Shown: positions 1 through 10,344, counted from the stretch's first letter. The stretch is DNA of 64,000 nt from Clostridiales bacterium (GCA_012800525.1 JAAZJD010000061.1:25935-89934), one strand, 5' to 3'. The notes: generated by a model from the letters alone, not told the origin. A program made the numbers and translations.

Positions 1-2
1 GC

Positions 3-2333
3 AAAGGGTTTAAAAGCGAATCATTAAAGGGGGATGTGGCTGATATATATTTTAGTTCCCATTCAGCTGGTTTTGATGAGCATATTATCTATTCTATAAT
101 TCCAAATTACAATTATTATGTCAAAGATAAAAGTATAGTAGGGGCGACTTTAATCAATGAAGAGTCTGTAATGAAAGGCAAAATTAAGATGGAAAAAAGT
201 GATGCGTTTATTTTACTTAATATTCAAAAAATTGATTACAGTGTTAAATATCCAATCACAATAAAATCAAATATTGAAAGTTTTAATGTCGCAGATTTAG
301 ATATACCAACGGAAGCAAGTGTTGGAGAGTTTGTTTTTGTAAATACAAATAAACTACTTCAAGATTATAAAATCAATGAAATTAGAGTAAATGGTGCTAG
401 CAATGCTATGGAGCATAGTGGTTTTTATATGCCAAATGAAAGTTCCGTTTTAGTTGATTTTGATTTGATACCATTAAATAAAAGCCAAGCATATAACCTT
501 ACAATTGAAAAAAATGTTTCAAAAGGTGAAATCATCTCAACAAAAAGCAAATATTTGCCAGGTGAAAAAATTGACATAGCAATTAGTGGATTAGATGATT
601 ATTATGTAGAAAGTGTATTTTTGTCTGGAAATCCAGTGAGTTTAGAGCAAATATATATGCCAGAAGAGGATGCGATATTGAGTATAAATATATGTGAAAT
701 TAAAAATTTAATTAAAGTAAATTATGATGAAAATAAAGGAGATGTTTGGATATTATATAATAAACAAACAATTCAAACATCCAATTTGCAAATATTTGTG
801 AAACCAAATCGTGAATATAAAATAAAAAGCATTTATATAGATGAAGTTAATGTAGATCAGTCTCTATTTTATACCAACTATGATAATTATTACACTTTTG
901 CTACTTATGGCTTATATTATGTATATACATTAAAAAAAGATTGTAATAATTTTGGTATAGAATTTATTGAAAATTCAAGAAAAATAGATTTTGAATTAGT
1001 TGATAATGACAGTATAGTTGACATGGAAACAATTTCAACAAAAGATAATTATATTTATGATTTAGAAATATTAACATTTCAAATTAAACAGTTGGAACAA
1101 AATAGAGTAAAAGAAATCCAAATTTCGCAGCGTACATCAGAAAATGTTTTAGTAGGTAATCTTATTACAATAAACAAAAATGAAATTTTAGATAAAAAAG
1201 AAATATCATATTTTTTAAAACATATAGGAGAAAATGTTGCAAAATTAAAAATTGAAGTGACAGCTTTAACTGATGGTGTTTTTTATCAAATACAAGAATA
1301 TATCGGTAGATTTGCCGAAAATCCTATGGATATTGATCTAATTCCAGAATATGGACAAGTTAAGCAAGGAGATTCTGTCAAAATATATATTAAGCACTAT
1401 GCATTTGATTCTGATTTCAGGGTGACATATTCCGGTGTTGAAAAAATCATATCACCTAACGAAGATTTTTTTATAATTGGATGTATTTCAAACCACATTG
1501 CTTTTTATGTTACAAAAAAACCATTAAATTCTGAAAAAGAGGTAAAAATTAATCTGACATGCGACCTTCGTAATGCTGTGGAAATTAATAAAAGTAAATT
1601 TTATGTTGGCGAGAAAGCAATTATTTCCGTTAAGGAAGATTTCTATAATGAATATTATATTGATAGTTTGCTTAATACAAGTGAAGGTAGTATTGAAATG
1701 GATTGTTGCTTTACCATCGATAGTAGTTTTTTAGAAACACTAAATATTCTTGTAACCTTAAAAAGGAAAGAAAATAACATTAAATCTATAAATGAAATTT
1801 ATGATTTGGCTTTATGTAGTAATGTTTTTAAAAAAATAACTTTGTTTGAATCTATATATGAAAAAAGTGAAATATTTAGTTTAGAAAGCTTTCATGCTGT
1901 CGAATTTTATTCAAGTTATGTGAGTTCTATTTTACAACTTTTAACAAAAAATGATTTGCCGATATATGTAATAGAGGTAAAGGATAGGAAGATATCAAAT
2001 GAACTTTTATCTATTGTTAAAGTCTTGTTAGATAATAAACATGCAATGCTATCTGATGCATATATACAAGGAAATCATTTGATAATATCTTATATTAGTA
2101 ATGCAAAAGAAATTTATTATAGTTTAACCAATGAGGATAGTTTTGTTATGGTTAATGATTCTAATATACTCTATTATACTTTAAGTGATAAAACACTTGG
2201 TGTTTTTTCCTATGTTGGTAACAAGAACTGTGTTATAATACCAAAGAATTACAATGGAGTTTACATATCCACAAATGATATAATTCAAACATTAAATAAT
2301 AAAATAATAATTGCCAATTACATTAAAATATAA
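3..2333 (+). CDS. Large putative extracellular protein with divergent InlB B-repeat-like beta modules; 5'-truncated by window edge
   Basis: The frame of the 36..2333 ORF stays open back to base 3 (KGFKSESLKGD-VADIY), so the start lies outside the window. Segments such as YNLTIEKNVSKGEIISTKSKYLPGEKIDIAISGLDDYYVESVFLSG resemble InlB B/Flg_new-type repeats. No C-terminal TM. Stop abuts the yggS ATG. Confidence 0.55.
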   Translation, partial: KGFKSESLKGDVADIYFSSHSAGFDEHIIYSIIPNYNYYVKDKSIVGATLINEESVMKGKIKMEKSDAFILLNIQKIDYSVKYPITIKSNIESFNVADLDIPTEASVGEFVFVNTNKLLQDYKINEIRVNGASNAMEHSGFYMPNESSVLVDFDLIPLNKSQAYNLTIEKNVSKGEIISTKSKYLPGEKIDIAISGLDDYYVESVFLSGNPVSLEQIYMPEEDAILSINICEIKNLIKVNYDENKGDVWILYNKQTIQTSNLQIFVKPNREYKIKSIYIDEVNVDQSLFYTNYDNYYTFATYGLYYVYTLKKDCNNFGIEFIENSRKIDFELVDNDSIVDMETISTKDNYIYDLEILTFQIKQLEQNRVKEIQISQRTSENVLVGNLITINKNEILDKKEISYFLKHIGENVAKLKIEVTALTDGVFYQIQEYIGRFAENPMDIDLIPEYGQVKQGDSVKIYIKHYAFDSDFRVTYSGVEKIISPNEDFFIIGCISNHIAFYVTKKPLNSEKEVKINLTCDLRNAVEINKSKFYVGEKAIISVKEDFYNEYYIDSLLNTSEGSIEMDCCFTIDSSFLETLNILVTLKRKENNIKSINEIYDLALCSNVFKKITLFESIYEKSEIFSLESFHAVEFYSSYVSSILQLLTKNDLPIYVIEVKDRKISNELLSIVKVLLDNKHAMLSDAYIQGNHLIISYISNAKEIYYSLTNEDSFVMVNDSNILYYTLSDKTLGVFSYVGNKNCVIIPKNYNGVYISTNDIIQTLNNKIIIANYIKI

Positions 2334-2999
2334 ATGATTAAAGATAAATTAGAGCAGATTTTAATAAATATTGAAAATAATGCACTATACCCAGTGGAGA
2401 TTATAGCAGCAACGAAACAGCAAACTCTTGAGAGCATAGAATATCTTAATGAACTTTCTAAGGACATTGTAATGGCAGAAAATAGAGTTCAAGAGTTTAT
2501 TGCAAAATACAATGAAAATCGTGCAATTATTTGGGACTTTATTGGTAGATTGCAGTCTAATAAAGTTAAGTTTTTAGTTGGCAAAATTAGATATATTCAA
2601 AGTGTAGACAAGGAATCGCTTCTTAAAACAATAGATTGTTTATCAAAAAAGAATAACCTAATTCAAAAATGTTTTGTACAAATAAATGCCGGCAATGAAA
2701 GCAATAAGGGTGGTATAAGCTTTGATGAGACGGAAGAATTTTTAGAAAAAGCTCTTATTTATAAAAATTTAAAAATGGAAGGATTGATGATTGTTACTCC
2801 ATTTGAATCTGATGAAGGTGTTTTAAGCAAATATTTTGTTAAGGCACGTGAAACTTTTGATTTGTTTAAAGATAGATATGGCTTGAAATATCTTTCTATG
2901 GGAATGAGCAATGATTATATATTGGCATTAAAATGTGGCTCAAATATGATTAGATTAGGTACGGCATTGTTTGGTCCTAGAAACATTTACATACATTAA
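2334..2999 (+). CDS. yggS: YggS/PLPBP family pyridoxal phosphate homeostasis protein
   Basis: AATK (PLP lysine), ENRVQE, FIGRLQSNK, LSMGMSNDY, MIRLGTALFG motifs. Confidence 0.93.
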   Translation: MIKDKLEQILINIENNALYPVEIIAATKQQTLESIEYLNELSKDIVMAENRVQEFIAKYNENRAIIWDFIGRLQSNKVKFLVGKIRYIQSVDKESLLKTIDCLSKKNNLIQKCFVQINAGNESNKGGISFDETEEFLEKALIYKNLKMEGLMIVTPFESDEGVLSKYFVKARETFDLFKDRYGLKYLSMGMSNDYILALKCGSNMIRLGTALFGPRNIYIH

Positions 3000-3019
3000 A
3001 TCTTTTGGAGTTTTAAGAT

Positions 3020-3601
3020 ATGTGGAATAAAGTAAGAAACTTTTTATTCAAAAATAAAAAATTAATTATTAATTTTTGTGTTGAGGTTTTTTTTATCATA
3101 TTGGTTTTATTATTTGACTTGTTAACAAAAAAATACATATATGGTAAAGCTCAAGCTTCTGGTGATATAGTAATTATTCCTAAAATTTTGTGTTTTACCG
3201 CAGTAGAAAATACTGGAGCTTCATTTGGCATTTTAAAAAATTCCACAAAATTTTTGTCTTATATATCTTTATTTTCTGTAATTTTATTGTTTGCTTTTAT
3301 GATTTTTTCATTAAAAGATAGGAATATAGTTTTAAGAGCTTCTTTAGTTTTAATAACTGCTGGTGGTCTTGGTAATTTAGTTGATAGATTTAAATATGGA
3401 TATGTTAGAGATTTTGTTTCTTTTACAATAAAAGATTGGTCTTTTGCAGTGTTTAATTTTGCTGATAGTGCCTTAACTATAGGGTGTATATTGGCTATTA
3501 TATGGGTTATTTTTTATTTTTCAAAAAAAACAAAGGATGAAAAAGATGCCGAATCTCTTGATCATAAAGAAGATGCTGATTTAGATAATCATAATTTTTA
3601 A
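3020..3601 (+). CDS. lspA: Lipoprotein signal peptidase II
   Basis: ENTGASFG, GGLGNLVDR, VRDF, FAVFNFADS motifs; TM segments; upstream of rluD as usual. Confidence 0.95.
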   Translation: MWNKVRNFLFKNKKLIINFCVEVFFIILVLLFDLLTKKYIYGKAQASGDIVIIPKILCFTAVENTGASFGILKNSTKFLSYISLFSVILLFAFMIFSLKDRNIVLRASLVLITAGGLGNLVDRFKYGYVRDFVSFTIKDWSFAVFNFADSALTIGCILAIIWVIFYFSKKTKDEKDAESLDHKEDADLDNHNF

Positions 3602-3605
3602 TTTT

Positions 3606-4511
3606 ATGAATTTATATAGTTTTAATTCGAATTATTACGATAGATTAGACAAGGTAATTTCTAAAACATTAGATGTTTCTCGTTCTTATGCTCAAAAATT
3701 GATTAAATCAAAAGAAGTTAAAGTAGATGATGTTTTGATTGATAGGTCATCAAGTTTGATTAAGGTAGGCCAAACAATCAGCCTGAAGTTTTGTGTTACC
3801 AAGTCAAAAGACAATGCGTTGATTAAGACAAAAGCTGATTATATCATATTATATGAAGATAAATATTTGCTAATTATAAATAAGCCGGCAGGATTAACGA
3901 CTCACATTGGTGCTGGGAATCAAAGTAACACTTTAGTGAATGCATTGTTATATGATAATGTTCATCTTTCTAATATTGCTGGGGAAGATAGATTGGGTAT
4001 CGTGCATAGGCTCGACAAAGACACGTCTGGTTGTTTAGTTATTGCAAAAGACAATGATACGCATCTTAAACTAAAAAAAATGTTTAAGGAAAAAAGCATT
4101 CAGCGAACATATGTAGCTCTTGTTGAGGGAACATTTAAAGAGCATATTGGAATGTGGTCTACTAATATTGGTCGAAATCCTAAAAATCGTCAAAAAATGG
4201 CAGTACTTCCAGAAGGTCGCGAAGCTGTTACAAAATATAAGGTGATAGAAGAATATCATAAAAAATATTCTCTAGTAGAGTTTGAGCTTATTACTGGTAG
4301 AACACACCAAATTAGGGTGCATTGCAAATATTTTAATAAGCCTATAGTTGGCGATAAAAAATATGGTGGGTCATCCACCAAGCTAAAAGCAAAACATCAG
4401 CTTTTACATGCAAAATCATTAAGCTTTATTCATCCATTAACGGGACAGAAAGTTTATGTTGAAGCTCCCATTAATGAGCATTTTGAGAATGTATTAAACA
4501 AACTTAAATAG
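3606..4511 (+). CDS. rluD: RluA/RluD family 23S rRNA pseudouridine synthase
   Basis: N-terminal S4-like domain, INKPAG, GIVHRLDKDTSG, TGRTHQIRVH, GDKKYG. Confidence 0.92.
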   Translation: MNLYSFNSNYYDRLDKVISKTLDVSRSYAQKLIKSKEVKVDDVLIDRSSSLIKVGQTISLKFCVTKSKDNALIKTKADYIILYEDKYLLIINKPAGLTTHIGAGNQSNTLVNALLYDNVHLSNIAGEDRLGIVHRLDKDTSGCLVIAKDNDTHLKLKKMFKEKSIQRTYVALVEGTFKEHIGMWSTNIGRNPKNRQKMAVLPEGREAVTKYKVIEEYHKKYSLVEFELITGRTHQIRVHCKYFNKPIVGDKKYGGSSTKLKAKHQLLHAKSLSFIHPLTGQKVYVEAPINEHFENVLNKLK

Positions 4512-4658
4512 ATTTATTAATGTGTTTTTTGTTGAATAGTAATTATATCTATAAGTAACTTTAAAAGTTGCATTTACTTTGACAAACTTTTCGAGGGCTG
4601 ACTCAAAAGTTGCACTTACCCTGAGAATTAACTTTGAAAGAAGATTTATATAAAAAGT

Positions 4659-4687
4659 TTGATTTAATTAACAAGATGTGGTATTAT
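4659..4687 (+). promoter_or_regulatory. SigA-type promoter of the rimP-nusA-infB operon
   Basis: TTGATT (4659-4664), 17 bp, TATTAT (4682-4687) preceded by TG (extended -10). Confidence 0.6.
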
Positions 4688-4713
4688 CATAAGTAGCACC
4701 TAGGGATTATAGC

Positions 4714-4740
4714 TTAAGAGTGGTCTTTGGCCACTCTTAA
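4714..4740 (+). promoter_or_regulatory. Leader hairpin upstream of rimP
   Basis: TTAAGAGTGGTC-TTT-GGCCACTCTTAA: 10 Watson-Crick pairs plus G-U and C-G, between promoter and RBS (TAGGAG). Confidence 0.6.
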
Positions 4741-4761
4741 TATTTATTAGGAGTTATAAAG

Positions 4762-5238
4762 TTGTCGCAAAAAATTATTGAAAATAAGGCCAAGGAGTTA
4801 TTAATTCCGATTATTGAAAAAGCTGGCTATGAAGTTGTTGAGTTAAAATATTCAACGAAGGGTAAATTAACATATCTTGAAATTTTCATATATAAAAAAG
4901 ATGGTGTTAGTTTGAATGATTGTATCTTTGTGAATGATTTATTAGATCCAATTCTTGAGGAATATGATATTACTAATGGTGCAAGCTATAGCTTGAACAT
5001 ATCCTCGCCTGGGCTCGATCGATCTATAATAACAAACGATGATTTTAGAAGAAATCTAGATGTTGAGATAGAAATATTTTTGAAACCTATGAAAAAGAAA
5101 AAAATAAAGCACATTGGTTTTTTAAGGTTTTATGATGATGATAAAATTGAAATAGAAAACAAGGGGATAAAAACAAAAATCATGAGAATTGATGTTTTGC
5201 TAGTAAGACCTTACATAAATATTAATAGGATAAAATAA
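4762..5238 (+). CDS. rimP: Ribosome maturation factor RimP
   Basis: TTG start after AGGAG; GVSLNDC, YSLNISSPGLDR; first gene of nusA operon. Confidence 0.93.
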   Translation: MSQKIIENKAKELLIPIIEKAGYEVVELKYSTKGKLTYLEIFIYKKDGVSLNDCIFVNDLLDPILEEYDITNGASYSLNISSPGLDRSIITNDDFRRNLDVEIEIFLKPMKKKKIKHIGFLRFYDDDKIEIENKGIKTKIMRIDVLLVRPYININRIK

Positions 5239-5253
5239 CATGGAGGAACAATA

Positions 5254-6339
5254 ATGGATATTGGTGATTTTTTTGAAGCATTAAAAGAGCTTGAAAGGGA
5301 CATGAAAATTGATAGCAAAGAGTTGACAACAACACTAGAAGCTGGCTTAGCTTCAGCATTTAAGAAGGATAGTGGTGATAGTCGTGCAATTAAAGTAACG
5401 ATTAATCCCGAAGAAAAATATATTAGAATTTATGCATATTATAAAGTTGTTGAGGAACCTGAGGAAGATTATGAAATAACACTTGATGAGGCGAGAGAAA
5501 TGAAAGCAAACGCACAAATTGGGGACATCATAGGTGAGGATGTTACTCCTGCTGATTTATCTCGAATTGCTACTCAAACAGCAAGCCAGGTTATTAAGCA
5601 AAGAATTAATGAAGCTAGAAAAAATATAATTAATGAAGAGATGAGTGAAAAAGAGGGTGAACTTGTTCCCGCTATAGTGCGTAGAGTTGATCCAAATGCA
5701 ATTTCAGTTGAGATAATTGGAACGCAAGTTGAAGGTATTATGTCAAAGTATGATCAAGTTTTTGGAGAAAAATTATCAGTTAATGATAAAATCAAAGTGT
5801 ATGTAAAAAAAGTTAGAACAACAGACAAAGGAGGCTCACAAGTTTATGTTAGTAGAAGTTCACCATATTTTGTTAAGAAACTGTTTGAAATTGAGGTTCC
5901 AGAATTAAGAAGTAATCTTGTCAAGGTGAAAAATATTGTTAGAGAAGCTGGATATCGTACAAAAATGGCTGTGTATTCAGATGAAGCTAGTATAGACAGT
6001 ATAGGAGCATGCATAGGACCTAAAGGAGCAAGGGTTAATGAAATTGTTTCAGAATTAAAGGGTGAAAAAATAGATGTTATTCTTTATAGCAATAATCCAT
6101 CAGAATATATAACAAGAGCTTTAAGTCCAGCAAAAGTTTTATTAGTTAGGTTTAATGAAATTTTAAAACAAGCTGAGGTTGTGGTGCCCGATGATAAGCT
6201 TTCATTAGCAATTGGTAAAAATGGACAAAATGCACGTTTAGCAGCTAAATTAACAGGATATAAAATAGATGTAATTCCTTATAGCAAGGCAATAGAGCGT
6301 TCAGAAACAGGTTTTGATGCTTTGCCAGACACTGAATAA
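5254..6339 (+). CDS. nusA: Transcription termination factor NusA
   Basis: RIATQTASQVIKQR, S1 and KH domains, REAGYRTKMAV, GACIGPKGARV, LSLAIGKNGQNARLAAKLTG. Confidence 0.98.
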   Translation: MDIGDFFEALKELERDMKIDSKELTTTLEAGLASAFKKDSGDSRAIKVTINPEEKYIRIYAYYKVVEEPEEDYEITLDEAREMKANAQIGDIIGEDVTPADLSRIATQTASQVIKQRINEARKNIINEEMSEKEGELVPAIVRRVDPNAISVEIIGTQVEGIMSKYDQVFGEKLSVNDKIKVYVKKVRTTDKGGSQVYVSRSSPYFVKKLFEIEVPELRSNLVKVKNIVREAGYRTKMAVYSDEASIDSIGACIGPKGARVNEIVSELKGEKIDVILYSNNPSEYITRALSPAKVLLVRFNEILKQAEVVVPDDKLSLAIGKNGQNARLAAKLTGYKIDVIPYSKAIERSETGFDALPDTE

Positions 6340-6344
6340 AGCAT

Positions 6345-6650
6345 ATGGATTTTAATATACAAAATGCGTATTCAAAAATTAGAGCATATGTTGGATTTTG
6401 TATAAAAGGCAATATGTTAGTGTATGGAATAGATAATATTTTTGTTTCGCGAAAAATTAAATTAATAATATTGTCTAAAGAATTATCGAAAAAATCAAAA
6501 GAAAGAATAAAAAAGCAAACAACAATACCAATTATTGAAGATTATGATTTTTCAACTTTGACGGTTAATACAAATTGTAAAGCATTTGGTGTAATTGATA
6601 AAGGTTTGTCAAATGCTATAAATGAAACATATAAAATGATTAAGGAGTAA
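6345..6650 (+). CDS. ylxQ: L7Ae-family RNA-binding protein (YlxQ-like)
   Basis: 101 aa between nusA and infB; YVGFCIKGNMLVYG matches the YlxQ LGLAxxAGKLVxG pattern. Confidence 0.7.
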   Translation: MDFNIQNAYSKIRAYVGFCIKGNMLVYGIDNIFVSRKIKLIILSKELSKKSKERIKKQTTIPIIEDYDFSTLTVNTNCKAFGVIDKGLSNAINETYKMIKE

Positions 6651-6652
6651 GA

Positions 6653-8998
6653 ATGGGATATAGTAATACCGAAACTGAATATAAAGAGTTATTTGCAAAA
6701 ATTGAGAGTGCAAGAATTGATATTGAAGAACATAGAAAGTCTATAGCTGAAATGATGACTCAGCTTAAACTTTATATTGTGTCATTAGAGAAAACTATTG
6801 ATGATTCTAAAGATTTGGATAAAATAACTGATAACTTTGAAGTTTCTAACATAGTAGGACAAGGAGGGGGCATTGAACTTGACACGCCTTCAGGTCCAAG
6901 TGCGGTTGTTGAACTTGACGCGTTTTCAGGTCCAAGCGAGGTCGTTGAACTTGACATGCCTTCAGGTCCAAGTGTGGTTGTTGAGCCTGAGATAGTTGTA
7001 ACTAGTGGTGGTGCTGGTAGAAGTTTTGGTAAAAATAAAGCAAGAAAGGATGACGAAGACAATAAACCCAAGAAAAAAATTAAAACAAAAGGGTCTAATG
7101 AAAATGAAGATATGAATTATTGGCAATCCTCAATTGGCGCAACTGATACTGAACAACACTTTAAAAACGAAACATTGGCAAGAGTTCGCGTCAAAAAATC
7201 TTCACCTAAGAAAAAAACAACTGAAATTGTAAAGGCTGAAAAAATAACTTTTGCTATTATAAATACAGAAAATATTACCATTAAAGATTTATCGGAAAAA
7301 ATAGGGAAACCAAGCAACGATATTATTAAACAATTACTTCTTTTAGAAATGCCAAAAACTATTAATGAAACAATAGATTTTGAGACAGCAGCAGTGGTAG
7401 CAGGAGAGCTTGGAGTTAGACTTGAGTTAGATATACCTAAAACGGTAGAAGAGATGGTTTTGGAATATCATGATACTGAACAAGATGACCCTAAAGACCT
7501 TGTTGTAAGGCCGCCTATTGTAACAATTATGGGGCATGTTGATCATGGAAAGACATCAATATTAGATTTTATAAGAAAGACAAGTGTTACAAAAGGAGAA
7601 GCTGGCGGTATAACTCAACATATAGGAGCATACTCAATAAAGTTTAATAATCAAAAAATCACTTTTGTCGATACTCCTGGGCATGCTGCATTTACTGATA
7701 TGAGAGCTAGAGGTGCTAATTTAACAGATATAGTAATAATTGTTGTAGCAGCTGATGATGGTGTTATGCCACAAACTATTGAGGCTATAAATCATAGTAA
7801 AGCTGCTAATGCTAGCATAATAGTTGCAATAAATAAAATTGATAAAGGTTTAGGGAATATAGACCGAATATATACACAGTTGTCTGAACTATCTCTATTA
7901 CCAGAAGATTGGGGTGGTGATACACCAATTGTTAAAGTTTCTGCAAGAACTGGCGAAGGCATAAACGATTTATTGGAAACTATTTTGGTTTTAGCTGAAA
8001 TAAAAGAATTAAGAGCAAATCCTAAAAGAAAAGCTCAAGGCATAGTTGTAGAAGCTAGACTAGATAAAGGAATGGGGCCTGTTGCTACTGTTATTATTCA
8101 AAATGGAACTTTATCAGTTGGATCGTATGTTGTAGCCGGAGTAACGAGTGGACGAATTAGAGGTATGTATAACGATTTAGGTGAGCGAATTCGGGTTGCT
8201 GGTCCCTCTACAGCTGTTTCAATACAGGGATTACAGGATGTACCATTGGCTGGTGATATATTATTATCCACGGAAGATGAAAAAACAATGAGGCAAGTCG
8301 TTCAAGAGCGCTTGAATAAGGAAAAAACACAAAAAATTACATCTAGCAAAATCTCTTTAGAAGATTTATATAAAGAAATTGAGGAAGGAAAACTCAAAAA
8401 TTTAAATCTTATCATCAAGACGGATGTCCAAGGGTCAGCTGAAGCATTAAAAGAAAGTTTGATTGATTTGAGTGATTCTGAAGTTAAGGTAAATTCTATT
8501 CATGCTATGGCAGGAGCAATCAATGAAAGTGATGTGATGCTAGCTGAAACAACAAATTCAATAATTATTGGGTTTAATGTGAGACCTGATGCAAAGGCAA
8601 AAGCACTTGCAGAACAAAAAAATATTGAAATAAAAATATATAGAGTAATTTATGATGCGATTGACGATATTTCAAAGGCGATCAAAGGATTGTCTGCACC
8701 TAAATTTAGGGAAGAGTATCTAGGAAGTGCTGAGGTAAGAGTCGTATATACAATCACCGGAGTTGGTTTAATTGCAGGTTGTATTGTTAAAGATGGAAAA
8801 ATTGTTAGAAATGCAAGGGTTCGTTTAATTAGAGATAATATTGTTGTAGCTGAAACTAGCATAACTTCATTAAAACGAGTTAAAGATGACGTGAAAGAAG
8901 TTGCTGCAGGAATTGAATGTGGAATAGGATTAGATAAAATAGAATCATTAGAAAAGGGTGACATCATTGAATCATTCTTGGTGAAATCAAATAAATAA
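6653..8998 (+). CDS. infB: Translation initiation factor IF-2
   Basis: [50 protein letters not shown]. Confidence 0.98.
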   Translation: MGYSNTETEYKELFAKIESARIDIEEHRKSIAEMMTQLKLYIVSLEKTIDDSKDLDKITDNFEVSNIVGQGGGIELDTPSGPSAVVELDAFSGPSEVVELDMPSGPSVVVEPEIVVTSGGAGRSFGKNKARKDDEDNKPKKKIKTKGSNENEDMNYWQSSIGATDTEQHFKNETLARVRVKKSSPKKKTTEIVKAEKITFAIINTENITIKDLSEKIGKPSNDIIKQLLLLEMPKTINETIDFETAAVVAGELGVRLELDIPKTVEEMVLEYHDTEQDDPKDLVVRPPIVTIMGHVDHGKTSILDFIRKTSVTKGEAGGITQHIGAYSIKFNNQKITFVDTPGHAAFTDMRARGANLTDIVIIVVAADDGVMPQTIEAINHSKAANASIIVAINKIDKGLGNIDRIYTQLSELSLLPEDWGGDTPIVKVSARTGEGINDLLETILVLAEIKELRANPKRKAQGIVVEARLDKGMGPVATVIIQNGTLSVGSYVVAGVTSGRIRGMYNDLGERIRVAGPSTAVSIQGLQDVPLAGDILLSTEDEKTMRQVVQERLNKEKTQKITSSKISLEDLYKEIEEGKLKNLNLIIKTDVQGSAEALKESLIDLSDSEVKVNSIHAMAGAINESDVMLAETTNSIIIGFNVRPDAKAKALAEQKNIEIKIYRVIYDAIDDISKAIKGLSAPKFREEYLGSAEVRVVYTITGVGLIAGCIVKDGKIVRNARVRLIRDNIVVAETSITSLKRVKDDVKEVAAGIECGIGLDKIESLEKGDIIESFLVKSNK
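6873..6986 (+). repeat. 3 x 36-bp in-frame tandem repeat (plus partial) in infB N-terminus
   Basis: TTGAACTTGAC...TCAGGTCCAAG at 6873, 6909, 6945 (partial at 6981); encodes [12 protein letters not shown] / [12 protein letters not shown] / [12 protein letters not shown]. Confidence 0.95.
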
Positions 8999-9005
8999 AA
9001 GTATT

Positions 9006-9365
9006 ATGAAAATAGAACGCATTAATTCTCAATTAGTAAAAGAAATAACCCTTATTATTGAAAGGGAAATAAATGACCCTAGATTGATTAATCAACTTTT
9101 TACAATAACTTCTATATCAACAACTAAAGATTTGCAGTTTTCTAAGGTAAGAATTAGTTTTAGAAATACGCAAGATGCAGAAACATATATTGAAATATTA
9201 AATAAAGCATCATCTTATATCAGAAAATTACTTTTCGAACGTGTAAACATTAGAGTAATTCCTCAAATAACCTTTGAATATGATAAAGGTTGGGAGCATT
9301 CGATGCAAATTGATGCAATTTTACAAAAGATTCATGAAGAAAAAAGAGCAAAGAAAGATGTATGA
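9006..9365 (+). CDS. rbfA: Ribosome-binding factor A
   Basis: RINSQLVKEI, DPR, TKDLQFSKV, IPQITFEYD; follows infB. Confidence 0.95.
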   Translation: MKIERINSQLVKEITLIIEREINDPRLINQLFTITSISTTKDLQFSKVRISFRNTQDAETYIEILNKASSYIRKLLFERVNIRVIPQITFEYDKGWEHSMQIDAILQKIHEEKRAKKDV

Positions 9366-10344
9366 GCATGTAACTAAATTATTATATTCGGTAGAAAGTG
9401 TTGCTTTGTTTATGCATATTAATCCTGATGCCGATTGTGTAGGTTCAAGTTTAGCGATGTATAAATATTTGACAAATCTAGGGAAAAAAGTTGATGTGTT
9501 TCTTGAACCCTTTGAAGAAATTAGAGATAATTTATATATATTGCCAAACATAGAGATTATCAATGCTAATTCCCCTGCATCAAATTACGACTTGGGGATT
9601 GCTTTGGATTGTGCAAGTCCAACAAGGCTTGGTAAAAAAATGTTAAAAGTTTTAGAAAATTGTTGTGAAATCAAAATAAGTTTTGATCATCATAAGTCAT
9701 ATTCTAAATTTACTGACATATTAGTGTTGGAGTCCAATTCAGCTTCAACAACACAAATATTATATAAGTTTTTTAAAGAGAACGACAAAGAGGCTATTGA
9801 TTTAGAGGTGGCAACATGTCTCTATGCTGGCTTAGTTTCTGATAGTGGTAATTTTTCGTATAACTCCACAACCGTAGAAACTTTTGAAGTAGCTTCAGAA
9901 CTAATTGCATATGGAGTTGATCATACTTTGTTGGCAAGAGTATTATACTTAGAAACTTCATATAATGCTTTCAATCTTTCGTTAAGAGTATTATCCAACG
10001 CAATTTTTCATTGTGATAAAAAATTAGCAATAATTACTTTTTCATTTGATGATTTTAAATCAACTAGTACTAAATTAGTTGATACCGAAGGAATAGTTAA
10101 TAGTTTAGTTAATGTTAAAGAAGTATTGTTAGCATTGTCCATTGTTGAGATTTCAAACAATGAATTTAAGGTTGGATTAAGAAGTAAAGGCAACTTTGAT
10201 TCTTCTTTAATTGCAGAATATTTTGGTGGTGGAGGACATAAAAATGCTAGTGGCTGTAAAGTTTTTGGTTCGAAACTTGAAGTTTTAGATAAACTTGTTT
10301 CCATTTCTAAGTATTATATAGAAAAGTATGACGAAAATTTATGA
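9358..10344 (+). CDS. nrnA: DHH/DHHA1 nanoRNase/pAp phosphatase
   Basis: HINPDADCVGS, DHH, DSGNF, GGGGHKNASG. Likely start is the ATG at 9358 overlapping the rbfA end, not 9274. Confidence 0.92.
   Translation: MYEHVTKLLYSVESVALFMHINPDADCVGSSLAMYKYLTNLGKKVDVFLEPFEEIRDNLYILPNIEIINANSPASNYDLGIALDCASPTRLGKKMLKVLENCCEIKISFDHHKSYSKFTDILVLESNSASTTQILYKFFKENDKEAIDLEVATCLYAGLVSDSGNFSYNSTTVETFEVASELIAYGVDHTLLARVLYLETSYNAFNLSLRVLSNAIFHCDKKLAIITFSFDDFKSTSTKLVDTEGIVNSLVNVKEVLLALSIVEISNNEFKVGLRSKGNFDSSLIAEYFGGGGHKNASGCKVFGSKLEVLDKLVSISKYYIEKYDENL

Noticed and set aside
6873-6986. 36-bp repeats as a CRISPR array
   Set aside because: Contiguous with no spacers, in-frame within infB, no cas genes.
9274-9357. 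Longer 356-aa start for nrnA
   Set aside because: It overlaps rbfA by 92 nt; homology starts near ATG 9358.
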